From NCBI RefSeq assembly GCF_002803295.2, contig NZ_PGGB02000011.1:77-32076 (forward strand): a DNA stretch of 32,000 nucleotides, written 5' to 3'. How positions within the stretch are numbered: position 1 is the first letter of the stretch; each line of letters starts with the position of its first letter. The notes below the pieces were generated by a model. That model worked only from the letters and a program-made list of their open reading frames with translations, searched no databases and was not told the origin of the DNA. A program made the translations under genes and the position numbers. Positions 28,103 through 32,000 of the stretch are shown here, piece after piece. This stretch comes from Caedibacter taeniospiralis. Its GTDB lineage: Bacteria > Pseudomonadota > Gammaproteobacteria > Francisellales > Francisellaceae.

Positions 28103-29048
28103 TCAGTAATGAATCTTAGGATCTAAAAAAGCGTACACAATATCAACAACAAGATTGAATAGAATGACAAGAAGACTGTAGATAATAGTCAGTGCCAAGA
28201 CGAGGTTATAGTCGCGATTTGTTGCTCCTTGAACAACTTGCACCCCAATCCCTGGTATTGTGTAGACTGTTTCCACAATAACCGACCCTGTTAGAATCCC
28301 TGCAATGGCAGGTCCCAAAAAGGAAACTACCGGCATCAATGCGGGCTTTAAGGCGTGCTTCCAGACAATGCGTGGCATAGACAAACCTTTGGCTTTGGCC
28401 GTACGGATAAATGGTGAGCTTAAAATTTCGATCAAGCTACTTCTGGTGATCTGAGTGATAATAGCAATGTAAGGAATCGCAAGTACCGTCGCTGGCAATA
28501 CCATATGGGTCAAGCTTCCCCAGCTCCCCGCGGGAAACATTCCAAGCCATACGGCAAAAATCAATACGGCAATCGGAGCTGTCACCACAATCGGAGTGGA
28601 GATAAATAGCATCGCAATAATGCTCATCACATGATCGATAGCATTAAGGCGCGTATTTCGGCTTAACGCTGATAAGACGCCAAAGAACACACCAAATAAT
28701 ACTGGCAATGGCGATGCTGCAAAGCCCAAGCTGCACAGACACCCAAAAACCACCCTGAGCGCCCAAAGGAAAGACCAACTGATTGATCGACATTCCCTGA
28801 TATTTATACGAGTAGCCTAAATTGCCGTGAATAAGGTCATTAAGATAGTACAAAAACTGCTGCCATAAGGGTAAATCCAAGCGGTACTGGTGATGCAGCT
28901 GCTTCAGAACTTCAGGCGATAAAGCGCGTTCCGTTGAGAACGGATCCCCAGGGGTCATGTGTACCATAATGAAGCTGATTAAGACAACGAAAAATATCGT
29001 TGGGATGGCGCCTGCTAGGCGCCGTAATACATAACTTAACATAGTCAT
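28103..29048 (-). pseudogene. oppB: oligopeptide ABC transporter permease OppB, split across two reading frames by a frameshift
   Basis: ORF 28644-29048 encodes the OppB N-terminus (MTMLSYVLRRLAGAIPTIFFVVLISFIMVHMTPGDPF…). ORF 28103-28753 encodes the rest (…FIRTAKAKGLSMPRIVWKHALKPA…LDPKIHY) in a different frame. The total span is 946 nt, which is not a multiple of 3. Confidence 0.7.
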
Positions 29049-29122
29049 CCCTATTTTAAGTTGAACAAAAATTTTTACTCACTGAAGTTACCAAGTCGCG
29101 CGAATATGAGACTTAAGCCTCT

Positions 29123-30772
29123 TTATTTTTGATCACCATAATTAAGGGAAAACCACTTGTCATAAACGTGGTCTAGATGGTTTATCTCCATATGATAATT
29201 CACCACATACGGTTTCACCAGATGTGTTACGTTTTGTGCATAAAGCGGGATACTCGGATAATCGTTTTGCATAAGCATTAATGCCTTGGTGTAGTAAGGT
29301 ACTGCCGCATCAGCGGTAAGTTGTTTTTGCCCTTCTGCAATCAACTTATCATATTCAGTATTGCAATAACCTGAGTTATTCTGTGGATTACCACACGTCC
29401 ACATCGTGGCAAAGTTATCGATAGTATTAAAATCCGCTACCCAGCCATCTCGGGCAACACCATCATAATTATGTGACTGACGCACTTTAAGAAATACTTT
29501 GAACTCCGAATTTGCCAAAGTCACCTTAACACCAAGATTCTGCACCCACATCTGCGCTATGGCTTCCATGTCCTTTTTATGCTGCTCATCGGTATTGTAA
29601 TCAATTGAAATTTTGAGTGGATTTTCCTTGGAATAACCCGCTTCCGCATAGAGTTTACGTGCAAGCTCAAGGCGCTTGTCAGCAGGTTCATTACTCCAGC
29701 TGTATTTCACATCCTTATAGCGAGCACCATCAATATCAGGTGGAAACAGGCTATAAGCAGCGCTACTGCCATCGCGCACGACATTTCTGACCAGGTCTTC
29801 TCGATCAATTGCCAAAGAGAGAGCTTCGCGTAACTTGGGATTGTCTTTAAACACTGATTTGGTCATATTGAAATCAAGATACTCTAAGGTTAGCCAGGGT
29901 GTTTGCTTCAGCTGATTCCCATATTGCTTTTTAAGCATGTCAAGGTTAATGGTTGGAATATACATCACATAATCAATCTGTCCTGAGGCAAAATTATTCA
30001 AGGCAGAAGTTCGTTCAACAATCGGTACAAATTTCACATTTTGAATCTGCACATTCTTAGCATCCCAATAATACGGATTTTTTGTGACAAGCACATAGCC
30101 GTTGGGAACCCAATCTTTTAGCATGTACGGACCATTGCTGATGAGTCGCCCTGCCTGAAAAAATCCTTGTCCGTATTGCTCAACTCCTTGTTTGTACACA
30201 GGATAGCTGACAGGATCCGCGATAATGCTTAAGAAGTAATACACTGGATAATCCAAGGTAATTTGTAACTCATGCGAATTGATCACCTTAACCCCTAAAC
30301 TTGAAACAGGTCGTTTTCCATCCATAATGGCTTGCGCGTTTTGAATTGGGGTAAGCTTATACGCCATTTCTGAAGCGGTTTTCGGATCTACCGCGCGCTT
30401 TAGGGAATATTCAAAATCATAGGCGGTTACAGATTCGCCATTTGACCATTTGGCATCATCTCTGAGAGAAAAAGTGTAGATAAGACCATCTTCGGATTCT
30501 TTCCACGATTTTGCCACACCAGCAACTGGATTATTAGATTGATCCTCGGTCATTAACCCCTCACTAAGATCATACAAAATTCCCGCCGCCACATTCGTTT
30601 GCACATGAGCAGGATCAAGAGATTCAGGTTCCGAGCCATTCCCTCTGAGCAAAATATCCTTGCTTTTTGGCGCAAACTGACCCGACTGTGCTGACGAGTT
30701 TTCACTATTCCCACCACAGCCAATAATCAACACAGCAGACAACACTACCGATGCCAGTTTAATTTTTTCCAT
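29123..30772 (-). CDS. oppA: oligopeptide ABC transporter substrate-binding lipoprotein
   Basis: About 550-aa family-5 solute-binding protein with a lipobox (LIIGCGG). I prefer ATG at 30772 (MEKIKLAS…), which has GGAG 6 nt upstream, over the ORF-track start at 30793. Confidence 0.82.
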   Translation of the reverse strand: MEKIKLASVVLSAVLIIGCGGNSENSSAQSGQFAPKSKDILLRGNGSEPESLDPAHVQTNVAAGILYDLSEGLMTEDQSNNPVAGVAKSWKESEDGLIYTFSLRDDAKWSNGESVTAYDFEYSLKRAVDPKTASEMAYKLTPIQNAQAIMDGKRPVSSLGVKVINSHELQITLDYPVYYFLSIIADPVSYPVYKQGVEQYGQGFFQAGRLISNGPYMLKDWVPNGYVLVTKNPYYWDAKNVQIQNVKFVPIVERTSALNNFASGQIDYVMYIPTINLDMLKKQYGNQLKQTPWLTLEYLDFNMTKSVFKDNPKLREALSLAIDREDLVRNVVRDGSSAAYSLFPPDIDGARYKDVKYSWSNEPADKRLELARKLYAEAGYSKENPLKISIDYNTDEQHKKDMEAIAQMWVQNLGVKVTLANSEFKVFLKVRQSHNYDGVARDGWVADFNTIDNFATMWTCGNPQNNSGYCNTEYDKLIAEGQKQLTADAAVPYYTKALMLMQNDYPSIPLYAQNVTHLVKPYVVNYHMEINHLDHVYDKWFSLNYGDQK

Positions 30773-30895
30773 ATTATTCTCCCCTAGAGACAAAGTTGTT
30801 TACCGTCAAAAATTAAGTTACATCTTTTTACTATTATTGTCACGAAGAAAATATCAAGCTAATGTAAATTTATTACAAACCATCTGCTGCTTATT

Positions 30896-30970
30896 CCCCT
30901 CTTTTCAAGAGGGGTGCCGAGCAAGCCTGACCACTTTAAAGTGGTCAGGCTTGCTCGGCGGGGTGTTTTT
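30896..30970 (+). repeat. tandem hairpins: an 8-bp stem terminator-like hairpin, then a 42-bp perfect palindrome flanked by GGGGTG direct repeats, then T5
   Basis: CCCCTCTT-TTC-AAGAGGGG (30896-30914). GGGGTG (30911-30916). Perfect palindrome CCGAGCAAGCCTGACCACTTT|AAAGTGGTCAGGCTTGCTCGG (30917-30958). C, GGGGTG (30960-30965), TTTTT (30966-30970). Confidence 0.85.
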
Positions 30971-31051
30971 AAAAGCGCATCGGTGCTCAGCACCATAGGG
31001 TGGGCGGAAATATGCTCACCGCCGAAAAATCTTTTCCCTTTTGCTTGCTCT

Positions 31052-32000
31052 CTAAAGACATTGCCGTTTGTATTTCAGAAAAATAACTAACAAAATGAAT
31101 AAAGAACCGCTGGCAAATCCCATTGCCCAAGCGACATTTATCGTCATAAAAACTCCCCCAAGCACACCTGCGACACCCCAGCCAATCCCCTTAGCCAGGG
31201 CGTATAAGACCCCTGAAATAAAACCCTGGTATACCACAGGAACGGCATTTGAAAATCCAACAACCAGTAGCGAAAACACGACCATATCCCCAAAAGCCAT
31301 GAAGAAACTCACTATATACGCAATTGCTTGAACATTCGCTGGATATATCGCTAACAGGGTTGCACCGATGGTCCCTATCAGCATCGCCAATACAGCAACG
31401 ATAAAAAGACAAATGTGAGATAAAAACCGCTGTAATACAGGCAGTAAAACCAGGGCTGAAATCATCAGTGATAAACCAATGAAACTAACCAGAAAACCAA
31501 TCTCTGAAACAGAAAAACCAAGTTTTAATTTTGCCAATGGTTGAATAAACTGAAAATACATTCCCCACGCCAGTTGATCAAATAGCAAAAGCGCAATGAG
31601 AATAGCGATTTTCTTCTGCTTTAGTAAGCAATACACCGCAGAAAACAGCTTTTCCGTGTGATCTATTTTTTGCTGTTGATAATACTTATCTGGAGCATAA
31701 CAACGCCAGACAAATAAAATTAGGACAACAGAGGCAACACTGACAAGATAATAAGGCGCAATATAGCTGTCAGCCCATATCATCATTAAGCTTCCCAAAA
31801 AAGGACCAATCACAAAAGCGAGCCCCGTAAAAAACTGCAGCAACCCAATCCATAACAGTTTACGTTTGTCATGGTGTGCCGCACTTGAAATACTCGCAAT
31901 AACCACAGGAAACATCCCATATAACAGGTGTCCTAATGCAGAACCCAGGATAAATAACTCAAGGTAATGTACATAAGCTGAAAACACGGTCAAAGCGCCT
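31052..32000 (-). CDS. MFS-type transporter (partial; N-terminus lies beyond the right edge)
   Basis: The open frame runs to the window edge and is highly hydrophobic with repeated TM segments (…LGSLMMIWADSYIAPYYL…, …GVLGGVFMTINVAWAMGFASG…). Substrate unknown. Confidence 0.7.
   Translation of the reverse strand, partial: GALTVFSAYVHYLELFILGSALGHLLYGMFPVVIASISSAAHHDKRKLLWIGLLQFFTGLAFVIGPFLGSLMMIWADSYIAPYYLVSVASVVLILFVWRCYAPDKYYQQQKIDHTEKLFSAVYCLLKQKKIAILIALLLFDQLAWGMYFQFIQPLAKLKLGFSVSEIGFLVSFIGLSLMISALVLLPVLQRFLSHICLFIVAVLAMLIGTIGATLLAIYPANVQAIAYIVSFFMAFGDMVVFSLLVVGFSNAVPVVYQGFISGVLYALAKGIGWGVAGVLGGVFMTINVAWAMGFASGSLFILLVIFLKYKRQCL

Noticed and set aside
1-32000. Scanned for CRISPR arrays, IS or transposase genes, rRNA, prophage, toxin-antitoxin pairs and restriction-modification genes.
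   Set aside because: I saw no regularly spaced direct repeats, no transposase- or integrase-like ORFs and no small adjacent ORF pairs in the intergenic gaps. The window is otherwise conserved core metabolism and information processing.

Overview
This 32-kb window is gene-dense and mostly housekeeping. It appears to come from a gammaproteobacterium, probably Legionellales-like; that placement rests on my recollection of RecA and GacA/LetA sequences and on the gacA-uvrC and bamC-purC synteny, so it is inference only. Recognisable genes, in order: a HAD-IB phosphatase, def-queF, plsY-mutM-holA (overlapping starts and stops), an orphan FimT/GspH-type minor pilin, tRNA-Lys(UUU), gshB-hemL, erpA, rpsO-pnp, pyrE, gacA(letA/uvrY)-uvrC, rnd, bamC-purC, an MFS transporter, recA-recX, smpB-ttcA, rbgA, a lone AAA_14/DUF4143 ATPase, an oppABCDF-type peptide ABC operon in which oppB is split over two frames, and a second MFS transporter that runs off the window. 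I found no CRISPR array, IS element, rRNA, integrase or obvious multi-gene accessory island, and nothing I can defend as a clear novel multi-gene system. The most noteworthy items are: (1) the AT-rich single-gene slot holding an ATPase with a C-terminal PD-(D/E)xK-like motif; (2) a 42-bp perfect palindrome flanked by GGGGTG direct repeats that interrupts an otherwise textbook terminator upstream of oppA; (3) a second intergenic palindrome sharing its 14-nt core; (4) signs of gene decay, namely the oppB frameshift and an MFS tail relic. All gene calls rest on motif recognition from the supplied translations, not on database searches.
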